A DNA stretch of 64,000 bases from the NCBI GenBank assembly GCA_963733035.1, contig CAVTBU010000005.1, positions 1,472,001-1,536,000 on the forward strand, in the 5' to 3' direction. The DNA comes from Pirellulales bacterium (GTDB taxonomy: Bacteria; Planctomycetota; Planctomycetia; Pirellulales; PALSA-1355). The notes beneath the pieces were generated by a model. The model did no database searches. It was not told the DNA's origin and worked only from the letters and a program-made list of their open reading frames with translations. A program made the position numbers and the translations under genes. This document shows, in pieces, positions 30,201 through 37,641 of this stretch; the stretch's first letter is position 1, and each line of letters begins with the position of its first letter.

Positions 30201-32804
30201 ACCAACCTCTTCAACTGAATCGATCGGCGCCCGTACGATGCCGATCAGGCGACCGGCTGTCAGGTCCCAGGTACGCACGAAACCATCTTTTGAAAACGTC
30301 GTCGCAGAGTTGCCCTGGGAATTGACCGTCATGGCGCGAAACAAGGCCGCCACTCCAAGAGGTAATTGCGAGCCGGCCGGTCGTCTTGCAGAATCCCAGA
30401 GTCTTACGACACGATCGGCCCCGGCGGTAGCCAGCGTGCGCCCGTCCGGCGACCAGGCGACCGACCACACTCTCCCAATATGTCCCAAAAGCCTCTCTGG
30501 GGGGCCCTGTCGGCCAAGTGACCAGAGCTTGACGATGCCAGCCTTGTCGCAAGACACCAGTCGGTTATCGAAGGGAGAAAACGCGAGGCATTGAATCTTC
30601 TCAAGATGATCGTGACGGAACCTGTGCTTGCCAGACAAACCTTTGACATCCCAGTCCCTAACTTCAATCCAGTCGCTCTTTCCTGCATAGGCGAGCCAGG
30701 GAAAGTCATGCGAAAAGGCTACAGCCAGCACATGGAAACCCGGACTCTTTGCTCCGGGCAGTTCCTGCCAATCGCTCACGCGCCAGCAGTGCACGGCGCC
30801 GGCGTCATCGCCCGATACGAGCAACGACCCATCGGGCGAGAAACTTACGGCTTGCACGAAGTCGGCAGGGCTCTCCAGCACCCGCTCCGGCAACCGCCGT
30901 GCGACATTCCAGACGCGAACGGTCGAATCCCAGCTTCCGCTGGCCAATAGCTTGCCATCGGGCGAGAAGGCTATCGCAGGTATGCCAGCACTGTGACCTT
31001 CAAGAACCCCGACCTGCGCGCCGGTGTCCGTATTCCAGAGACGAATCGTGCAATCTTCACTGGAACTGGCTAGCAGCCGGCCATCGGGCGAAAAGGCGAC
31101 TCGCATGACCTCGTCGGTGTGCCCTCGCAGCACGTGCAAGGCATTTCCCGAAACGGCATTCCAGATTCGGGCGGTGCCATCCTTGCTGGCCGTGGCCAAC
31201 CGTCGACCATCGGCCGAATATACGACGCAAAACACCTCGTCGTCGTGACCCTCAAGCGACAGCGCCTCCTGATGGCTTAATCCTTGGAGATAGTGCCAGG
31301 CAAAGCTGCGGAGATCCTCTTGTCCATTCTTGGGTATGTGCCGCTGGAGGTACTCGAGCATCTGCGGTACGTTGTCCGCCTGGTAAGCGCCTTGGGCCAA
31401 CCCCACGTCGGCTGCATACAGTAAACGTCGGCTTGCTTCGGCCTCACGTTGGGCGACCTCGCGTGCCCGATCAGCGCGCGTAACCTCACTGCTGAGCCGT
31501 GCGCTGTAGGCAACGACAACTCCGAACAGCGTGGCGGCGGCGACCACGACAACGGTCCATAGCGCCGCGATCGCTGGGCGGCGACGAGCCCATTTCCATG
31601 CGCGCTCCGCTGCAACCAGCGGTCGTGCCTCGGTGACCTGGCCGGCTAAGAACCGCCCCAAATCGTCTGACAAATCCTGCGCGGTGACATAGCGCGCGTC
31701 GCGCTCTTTTGCCAAACATTTCAGGCAAATCGCCTCCAAATCGCGAGGAATGTCGTGACGGATGCGACGTGGTGCCACAGGATCATCAAACAACACATGT
31801 CGCAGTGCTTCGATGTCAGACGCGCTCTCAAAAACACGCCTACCGGTGAGAATCTCGTACAACATCGCCCCCAAGGCATACACGTCGGCGCGGGCATCGA
31901 CGTCGCGGACTCGGCCTTGTGCCTGTTCAGGCGCCATGTATGCCGGCGTGCCGACGAGCGCGCCGCTGCGAGTTTCGTCTCCCTCTCGCTCCAACAACTT
32001 GGCCATGCCGAAGTCCGTCAGCTTGGGAAATGCCGCGTCCCCGTCAACGCTTCCCGCAATGGGCTTGTTTTCATCGGTCGTTGTCGCGAGCTGCGTCGGC
32101 TGCGATTCCGCCTGCGGCCTGGTCAGCATCACGTTGCTGGGTTTGATGTCGCGATGGAGGACGCCGCGTCCGTGGGCATGCTGCACGGCTTCGGCAAGTT
32201 GTTTGACCACGCGCGCCGCCGTATCGATTGGCACCGGCTCCTTCCGCGACTTGAGCCACTCCGCCAGCGTCGGTCCTGGACAGAATTCAGCGGCGATGTA
32301 GCAAATCGAAGCCTCTTCGCCAGCTTCGTAAACGCTGACAAGATGCGGGTGGCTCAGTCTTGCCGCGGCTTCCGCCTCGCGGAGAAAACGGCGGCGCAAA
32401 TCGTCACTCACGAGCGACTCAAGGCGAGGAACTTTCAGGGCCACCTGGCGGTGCAGTTTCGGGTCGTAGGCCAGGTACACGACGCCCAGTCCGCCGTGCC
32501 CCAATTCACTTTGAATATGAAACCGCCCCAGCGTCGTGCCTGCTTTGCCGGTCGGCGTGGCGACGGCCGCGTGAGTCGGTCGGGGCGTATCCGTAGTCGC
32601 CAGATCGGGCGACCAGCCGCGCCGTACGCGATGTAGAAGCTCGAGGCAATGCCGGTCGGCTTCCCACTTGGCCAGTATTTCCTCGTCCTCGGCGATCGAG
32701 GATGCATCGACATACCCGGAAGCGGTGCCGGCGGCAAGCTGTTCGTCGATTTGGACCAGGAGCTCCGTCAGCAGGTCTTCGCGATCTCGATCGTCGACAA
32801 CCAT
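27267..32804 (-). CDS. Hanks-type Ser/Thr kinase with TM segment, WD40 repeats, FG-GAP/VCBS repeats and an unassigned C-terminal region
   Basis: GHGGLG, VALK, HRDIKPSN, DFG and YMAPE motifs; hydrophobic helix IAALWTVVVVAAATLFGVVVAY; GH...WD/WN repeats; DLDGDGDLD repeats. Confidence 0.95.
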   Translation of the reverse strand: MVVDDRDREDLLTELLVQIDEQLAAGTASGYVDASSIAEDEEILAKWEADRHCLELLHRVRRGWSPDLATTDTPRPTHAAVATPTGKAGTTLGRFHIQSELGHGGLGVVYLAYDPKLHRQVALKVPRLESLVSDDLRRRFLREAEAAARLSHPHLVSVYEAGEEASICYIAAEFCPGPTLAEWLKSRKEPVPIDTAARVVKQLAEAVQHAHGRGVLHRDIKPSNVMLTRPQAESQPTQLATTTDENKPIAGSVDGDAAFPKLTDFGMAKLLEREGDETRSGALVGTPAYMAPEQAQGRVRDVDARADVYALGAMLYEILTGRRVFESASDIEALRHVLFDDPVAPRRIRHDIPRDLEAICLKCLAKERDARYVTAQDLSDDLGRFLAGQVTEARPLVAAERAWKWARRRPAIAALWTVVVVAAATLFGVVVAYSARLSSEVTRADRAREVAQREAEASRRLLYAADVGLAQGAYQADNVPQMLEYLQRHIPKNGQEDLRSFAWHYLQGLSHQEALSLEGHDDEVFCVVYSADGRRLATASKDGTARIWNAVSGNALHVLRGHTDEVMRVAFSPDGRLLASSSEDCTIRLWNTDTGAQVGVLEGHSAGIPAIAFSPDGKLLASGSWDSTVRVWNVARRLPERVLESPADFVQAVSFSPDGSLLVSGDDAGAVHCWRVSDWQELPGAKSPGFHVLAVAFSHDFPWLAYAGKSDWIEVRDWDVKGLSGKHRFRHDHLEKIQCLAFSPFDNRLVSCDKAGIVKLWSLGRQGPPERLLGHIGRVWSVAWSPDGRTLATAGADRVVRLWDSARRPAGSQLPLGVAALFRAMTVNSQGNSATTFSKDGFVRTWDLTAGRLIGIVRAPIDSVEEVGLAPDGMHAAVASKQELAIWNYATGKVLLRQANPWACQGELVWSSDSQHVALRIDEGHVAIIDRQVGRVTRLVKVGSAPLRMTFSPDGQRLAIRTDQVRLHDVRTGELKHSLGDAFDATFSSDGKSIACCKLGETTLWDVATGKVVRSLVPQQTELYTLKFSSRGRILATAPQFSQSNSVLITLFDVQNGQPLLQLECEDCCEIIDFTFTGNDDQLLALGQDSQGMGRIWRWSLPRDASRSTVLKDIADTAWAPLLAAEERIPLQRQSDLLIKFEMAADAIGTCDPIRVRCVPPAPISAFDQDGPTGSVVSSPLPSSAILHPIPAFGASRTIASGTREPRRLAVADFDGDGDLDVAAMSRSEGRLHMLTNDGSGTEFHDRAATVDRCSNILAADLNGSGLPGVVCSADSQAWWLTFDSSGAPQERRTLSKLRDVDGMAAADLDGDGDLDLVCGAVANASIVVLENLGAGRLGDPQSIGRFTGGDICLTTADLDADGDIDILSGSSGDDTVAWYANQGHGRFSVPRVVTTHASRVMAVVAADLDGDTDPDVLYAGDESAVWFANDGKGSFTLANTVATKLVRATDVDVVDLDVDGDLDVLLCDHEGDRVTCFVNDGRGRFNQTVHPVDGHAPGCECVEAFDVNGDGRPDAIIAARDKNAVIWRANEGLRFDVELEQKTKTGWQQLWRSSSVLPIMRSFTAGRRHGDRLVDSVTLRFEDLEGRPLSAAEVNARVNEIAIYRDENCDAAIDPQVDQLVATASALTVRNGAITVPLLPDHARQQDQLSDASSRNRQGSPTTCQLIRAVNDWATVHGYAGGYPTFVRVQRDSQRHYQAVVFKAASAKLVEIPSTLLASPIGTPRSDYDLEQHLFADVAGRICRWARVRGYGGAIFGARVADGGSAGLAYQALLLKVPDMPQISWNFEDLDQPESLEQLFRNVHNRARQEGHLSGFPTFAQNFDCVMVSSTAGELVEIPADELR

Positions 32805-32813
32805 ATCGTGGAG

Positions 32814-33449
32814 TCACTCGATGTCAGTCAACAATTCTTGCAACTTGCGGACCGCACGGGCCCACGTCTTACGAGCGGCATCGGCGGAACAATTTCGGCG
32901 CGCGCCGATTTCGGCGAATGCCGCACCTTGCCACGTGCGTTCCATCAGCACCGATCGCCATGGTTCTTCCAGCCTTTCGAGCACCGCGCGGACGCGCCTT
33001 TGCTCGTCTCGCGCAAGGAACGACGTGCCCGGCGTTAACGCGTCATCTTTCAGTCTTTCAAGCGCTCCCTCAAGCAGCGCCAAGGGTTGTTCGCGGCCAA
33101 CGTCACGTCGTTTAACCTGACTATATCGCCGGACGCTATTGGCTACTCGATGCCGCAGAATACCGACCAGCCAAGCGTAGAATTCCTGCGGAGTGTTGCC
33201 GCGAAATGCCTCAAAACCACGATGCGCTTCGACGAACGTATCCTGCACCAAGTCCGAAGCGCCCACCTTTGAACGTAACTTGTCATCCAACGCCCGATTG
33301 GCGACTAGCAGCAAGTACTTGCGGTTTTCCTCCAGCGCCCGTCCCAGGGCGGACTTCGATCCGTCCCGTGCTTCCCGTACCAATCTTTCAATCGCTTGCT
33401 CGGCGGAGGGCACTCCGTCCTGTCGCGCAGGCGAAAACGGTGCATCCAT
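32814..33449 (-). CDS. ECF sigma-70 factor cotranscribed with the Ser/Thr kinase
   Basis: KVGASDLVQDT, FYAWLVGIL and FAEIG...AARKTWARAVRKL motifs; stop codon 9 nt before the kinase ATG. Confidence 0.93.
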   Translation of the reverse strand: MDAPFSPARQDGVPSAEQAIERLVREARDGSKSALGRALEENRKYLLLVANRALDDKLRSKVGASDLVQDTFVEAHRGFEAFRGNTPQEFYAWLVGILRHRVANSVRRYSQVKRRDVGREQPLALLEGALERLKDDALTPGTSFLARDEQRRVRAVLERLEEPWRSVLMERTWQGAAFAEIGARRNCSADAARKTWARAVRKLQELLTDIE

Positions 33450-33787
33450 TAGTCTGCGGCCTCTATATCGATAGGAACAAATCGAGTGAAAACCGGACGG
33501 GCCGAGAAGCTATAGCGGCGTGGAATTGTTCGGATGGCGGACGACTGAGCGTGGTTTGATCAGCCGACTGCCGACGCGGATAGGCACAAAAAACAGCGTG
33601 GGTGTACGATACCCCCACGGTTTGCCAACGTCAAGAATTTGTCAGGGTTCCCCTAGGATTCCAGCCAACTGTGGAACTTCGGCCGAAGCAGTCGCCGTGC
33701 CGATTCCTGTCAGCCGCCGAAGAGAGCACAAAAGTGAGACGTTCGTCGAGGATTGATGGCCACGCAGACTTCCTGGACGCATCGAAA

Positions 33788-33976
33788 TCAAGTCCGACCC
33801 CGTTCCAACTGGTCGGCACGCAATTCTCGCTCGAGCTCAAGCACATAAATTCGCGTTACGACACCGGCGTCATCGTGCCGGGAACGCAGTTTTGCCAGTT
33901 CGGATTCGACTGCTCGAAGCCGCTCGGCAATCTCCCGACGGAGTTCCGAGGATAGTCGCATGATGGGCGTTCGCAT
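33788..33976 (-). CDS. Possible small coiled-coil protein
   Basis: MRTPIMRLSSELRREIAERLRAVESELAKLR..., amphipathic pattern, weak RBS. Confidence 0.35.
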   Translation of the reverse strand: MRTPIMRLSSELRREIAERLRAVESELAKLRSRHDDAGVVTRIYVLELERELRADQLERGRT

Positions 33977-33988
33977 GAACATCAACCC

Positions 33989-34031
33989 AAAAACAACCCC
34001 GCAGCGCGGGGCAGTGCGTGCAACTGCGGGG
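33989..34031 (-). terminator. Putative terminator of PEP-CTERM gene 34170-34976
   Basis: Minus strand CCCCGCAG...CTGCGGGG followed by TTGTTTTT. Confidence 0.5.
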
Positions 34032-34169
34032 CGGCGAGCGAGTCGCTCACCATCCTCACATCGTCCAGTTGCCGTCTGGACTTTAAAAATGCGCGCACGA
34101 AATAAGCCGAAGCAGAACTGGATCTGCCCCGGCTCATGCAATCGTGTGGTTGACGACTCCTCGGCGGCG

Positions 34170-34976
34170 CTATGCCGAACGCCGACCTCGTCGCCACCAA
34201 CATGCGCCGCTTACTGTCACCCCCAGCAGCGACCAAACAAGCAAACTGGCCGGCTCAGGCACGGCTTCGAGATTGACGTTGGCAATGTCCCCATTGTTTA
34301 GAGTGATCGTAAGTCCATCGACGAGGCCCGTAAAACCAGTGGACCATCCGCTGCCGGTTTGCAGACTAAACAGATTTACGACTTCATTGCTGTAATCAAC
34401 GTTCTGACTGCCGCTCGGCCAGTTCACCGGACCCGCTTGCAAGTTCGCTAGCGTCGGGTCGGTGTAAGTTCCATAGATACCGCCGTCCCGATTGACGTCG
34501 TAGAAGCGAAGGGGATTTGTTGAATCGTTAGTTGACCATTGGTGCCAAGTACCCGGTGTCACAGCAGCCGTGCCAGTCAAGTAAGGTTCCGCATTCAGGC
34601 GCGAGTGGTACCAACTCGCCGAATCGCCCGTGCCGGTCGCCGCGGTGTATAGGTACAACGCCCAATCCGGGTCGGCCGCTGTGGTGCCTTTGTTCGTCCA
34701 ATAGCTAATCGACGCGATGTCGGCAATCGTCACCGCACTGCTAAAAAGTGAACTCGCTTGAATGTACAGTTCTCCTTTGGTGTCCGAGGACTGTTGCCAG
34801 GAGCTTCCCGAGAAGCCAGGTGCTGAGGTGCTGCCGTTGCCCGCCACGTTTGATGCACCTGAATAACTGGGATAGAGGGTCACGTTGGTAATCGCGGCCC
34901 TGGACTCCGATGGATTGGTTAGGACTGCCAACAAGACAGCTAAGCACAAAATCAGATGCGAAAAATGACGATTCAT
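34170..34976 (-). CDS. PEP-CTERM surface protein
   Basis: Signal peptide; C-terminal VPEPASLLVWSLL...WWRRGRR. Confidence 0.9.
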   Translation of the reverse strand: MNRHFSHLILCLAVLLAVLTNPSESRAAITNVTLYPSYSGASNVAGNGSTSAPGFSGSSWQQSSDTKGELYIQASSLFSSAVTIADIASISYWTNKGTTAADPDWALYLYTAATGTGDSASWYHSRLNAEPYLTGTAAVTPGTWHQWSTNDSTNPLRFYDVNRDGGIYGTYTDPTLANLQAGPVNWPSGSQNVDYSNEVVNLFSLQTGSGWSTGFTGLVDGLTITLNNGDIANVNLEAVPEPASLLVWSLLGVTVSGACWWRRGRRSA

Positions 34977-35331
34977 CCGGTCCCCCCCCAGTGGTCGAGT
35001 CTCATAAATGCCGCGATTGCGTCTGGCTTCACATCACCGGACGGACAAGTTCTGTCATGTCAACCGATGTCAACATGTAATAGTCCGGAAGTCCGCCATT
35101 CCTGACACAAACTCTAAAATATATATTTCTAGAATTGAAGGGATTCCGAAGTCAAAGACCGAACTTCGAGGGGGAGGCCAAAATATGGCCATTTGAGACA
35201 AATACTTCGCACTGACCGGCATGCCCGCTCGATCCGGGAGTTTCCATTCGGATCTCGAACTGCCGATTCGGCTACGCCGCCGGAGTTGCGGACGCAGCTA
35301 CTTCGATGCCGAGGCGACTCACTTCCCGGAG

Positions 35332-36063
35332 TCAGATGCGTACTTTGTTGGAGAGGGGGCTCGGCTCGCACAGTTTTTGACGCAATTTGGTCGCTCCGCG
35401 ACTACAAAGCTTTCGTGCCGCCTCACAGGAGCATTCCAGTTGATTCCCAATTTCTCGGAAAGAACGCTGCTCTTGGTGTCGCAAAAGGAACGCGTCCCGC
35501 ATCCGCACCGGCAGCTGACCAACACATTCGTCTAATCGAACGGTTTCTTCAACTAACAACACTTGCTGCGCGGGGTTCGCTTGCTTTGCCCACAACTCGG
35601 GCACTCCGTCCTCGCAGAGTTCCAGCGACAACTCGCGGGAGACATCGCGCTTCCTGGCCCGTTGATAGTACCGGTTGATGTCGGCGGCCTGGTGCAACAG
35701 GATCTGCCGCAACCAACCCAATAATTCGTCGCGCCGCTGACCACGGAAATCGGCAAAGCAACAGTGCGCCTGTAACGCTGTTTCCTGGACCAGATCCTCG
35801 GGATCGAGCTTCGTCCGCAAAGAATTCGCCATGACTCGGTTGGCAATCGATAGCAAATAGGCGGAACTACTTTCGATCAGCCTTCCTAATGCTTTCGTGG
35901 AACCTTGCCGGGCCTCGTCGATCCAGCGTGCAAACCGTTCTTCGCAACTTTCTTGCTTTAGTGCCTCAGCGTTCGGGTCGCTCGGGCGCTGTCCGAGTTC
36001 CACATTTGGTGCCTTGGCACGCGCCACGGCGGACGAGCGATGCCGTTTGACCTGCACGTACAT
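35332..36063 (-). CDS. ECF sigma-70 factor, planctomycete type (no adjacent kinase)
   Basis: KLDPEDLVQET, LLGWLRQIL and SFREIG...AARKLCSRG motifs. Confidence 0.9.
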   Translation of the reverse strand: MYVQVKRHRSSAVARAKAPNVELGQRPSDPNAEALKQESCEERFARWIDEARQGSTKALGRLIESSSAYLLSIANRVMANSLRTKLDPEDLVQETALQAHCCFADFRGQRRDELLGWLRQILLHQAADINRYYQRARKRDVSRELSLELCEDGVPELWAKQANPAQQVLLVEETVRLDECVGQLPVRMRDAFLLRHQEQRSFREIGNQLECSCEAARKLCSRGATKLRQKLCEPSPLSNKVRI

Positions 36064-36301
36064 TGGCGCAACCCTATCAGCCGCACTGCACGGGGGAGTT
36101 CAGGTGCCAACCAGCGTGTCGCAGGTACACTGACTTCAAAAATTCAACACACGAGCTAGTCAGATCAAGTGAGCGGCACGACTTGTGAGCCTTATTGGCG
36201 GTCGCCTCGCAACAACCTGACGGTAGCACTTGTGCGCGAATCGAAATCAGATGAGAAAGTGACGAATTAACAGAAAGCTTGATCGACACCGTTGGGGGTC
36301 G

Positions 36302-36329
36302 ATCTTATGTCCAACAGCCGGGGTGTCAA
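36302..36329 (-). promoter_or_regulatory. Putative sigma70 promoter upstream of ECF sigma 35332-36063
   Basis: Minus strand TTGACA-16 nt-TAAGAT. Confidence 0.55.
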
Positions 36330-36836
36330 GGAACGCGAGCGTGACAAAGTCGTTATATAACCCTTGCGCGCCAAGTGAGTTAGCACTGAACATTGACGCA
36401 ATACGTCAATGCTTGGGCCGTTATGTCAGGTCGACAAGTTTCCAGCTGTCGGCGCCAAAGACTAAGCTTGGCGAGCCAACCGAGGCAGCTTCTACTGCAT
36501 TCGTAGTGATCGTTTACGCACATGATGACAGGTCGCGACACGGTTCGGCGCGGTTGCGGCCGTGACGGGAGTTGTGAACACTTTTTTTGCAAAGTTCTTC
36601 AGCGGGACGTAACGCGTGGCCTCGCGGAAAACCCCGAAGTCGGTAACGCCTGATTTGCAGACCTCCCCAACACGCCTCCGTCAAGCCAAACTCTTACGAA
36701 TCGCGGACTGTACACGCGCAGAGTAGACGGACGCCGGTGACGAATCCGCCCGCCCGAGCTGCCATAAGTTTCGCTTATCTAAATGCTTACCGAACAGGAA
36801 AATGATTGGCGGATTCGAGATTTCCTGCATTTGGTT

Positions 36837-36868
36837 CGTCCGGTATGCCCCCTCTTTTGCGCCTTTAG
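36837..36868 (+). promoter_or_regulatory. ECF-type promoter-like motif, copy 4
   Basis: CGTCCG-16 nt-GCGCCTTTAG, upstream of an AGGAG-led ORF at 36951 and the HTH gene. Confidence 0.55.
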
Positions 36869-37077
36869 GAATAGACCGCTTGCGTTCGCAGCGCAATAGG
36901 CGATTAGTCGTTCCGGCAACGGTTGAAGTTCTCCAAGCAGGAGATAGCTAATGCACTTCAGCGGCCGCCAGGTGAGCATCCGATGCTCGAAGGTAGCAGC
37001 CGAAGCAGGCCGCTGTGGGCCCAGTCTGAGCAGCCTTGGTTCGGACTGTCGAAGAAATCACAACTCCCAGACTCCCA

Positions 37078-37626
37078 ATGACACGAACCCGGGCACTTGT
37101 GCGGCAATGGACGCTCCTGCGTGTGCTATCGCAAAATGTCGACGGACTCAGCATTGATGACATGGCTCGTCAGACGGCGGTCAACGCGCGAACGATTCGC
37201 CGGGATTTGAAGTTATTTGTCGAGGCCGGAATTCCGTTGCGCGAAACGGTGTGCCGCCGCAACAAAAAGATTTGGCGCATCGATCGCCGGCACACGGCCG
37301 TGCTGCCACACCATGCGAAAGATGATTGCCTGGCATTTTCGGTTGCGTTAGAACTCTTAGAGCCGTTGCAAGGAACTCGCTTCTACGAGGCACTTTTGGT
37401 CTGCGGCGAGCGGATCGCTGCCGAAACCAGTGCCGCAGCACGCAGACAAATCGAAGAGCAAGTCGAGAAACGTTGGGCACAGTGGAACAAAGACGTCTCA
37501 CTGAATATCAGTGGTCGTGACATCGAAGAGCTCTGGGCGGCTCTCGTCATAGCCAACGGCAATGGACAATCAATCGGCGACGACGCCGAGCGCGATTCAC
37601 CGTTGAAAATGAGCCGTGCCCAATAG
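37078..37626 (+). CDS. Winged-HTH regulator resembling the N-terminal half of WYL/PafBC-type regulators, with no WYL domain
   Basis: LVRQWTLLRVL...LSIDDMARQTAVNARTIRRDL...AGIPL and LEPLQGTRF motifs; ends after 182 aa. Confidence 0.7.
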   Translation: MTRTRALVRQWTLLRVLSQNVDGLSIDDMARQTAVNARTIRRDLKLFVEAGIPLRETVCRRNKKIWRIDRRHTAVLPHHAKDDCLAFSVALELLEPLQGTRFYEALLVCGERIAAETSAAARRQIEEQVEKRWAQWNKDVSLNISGRDIEELWAALVIANGNGQSIGDDAERDSPLKMSRAQ

Positions 37627-37641
37627 AGAATCGCGGAAACT

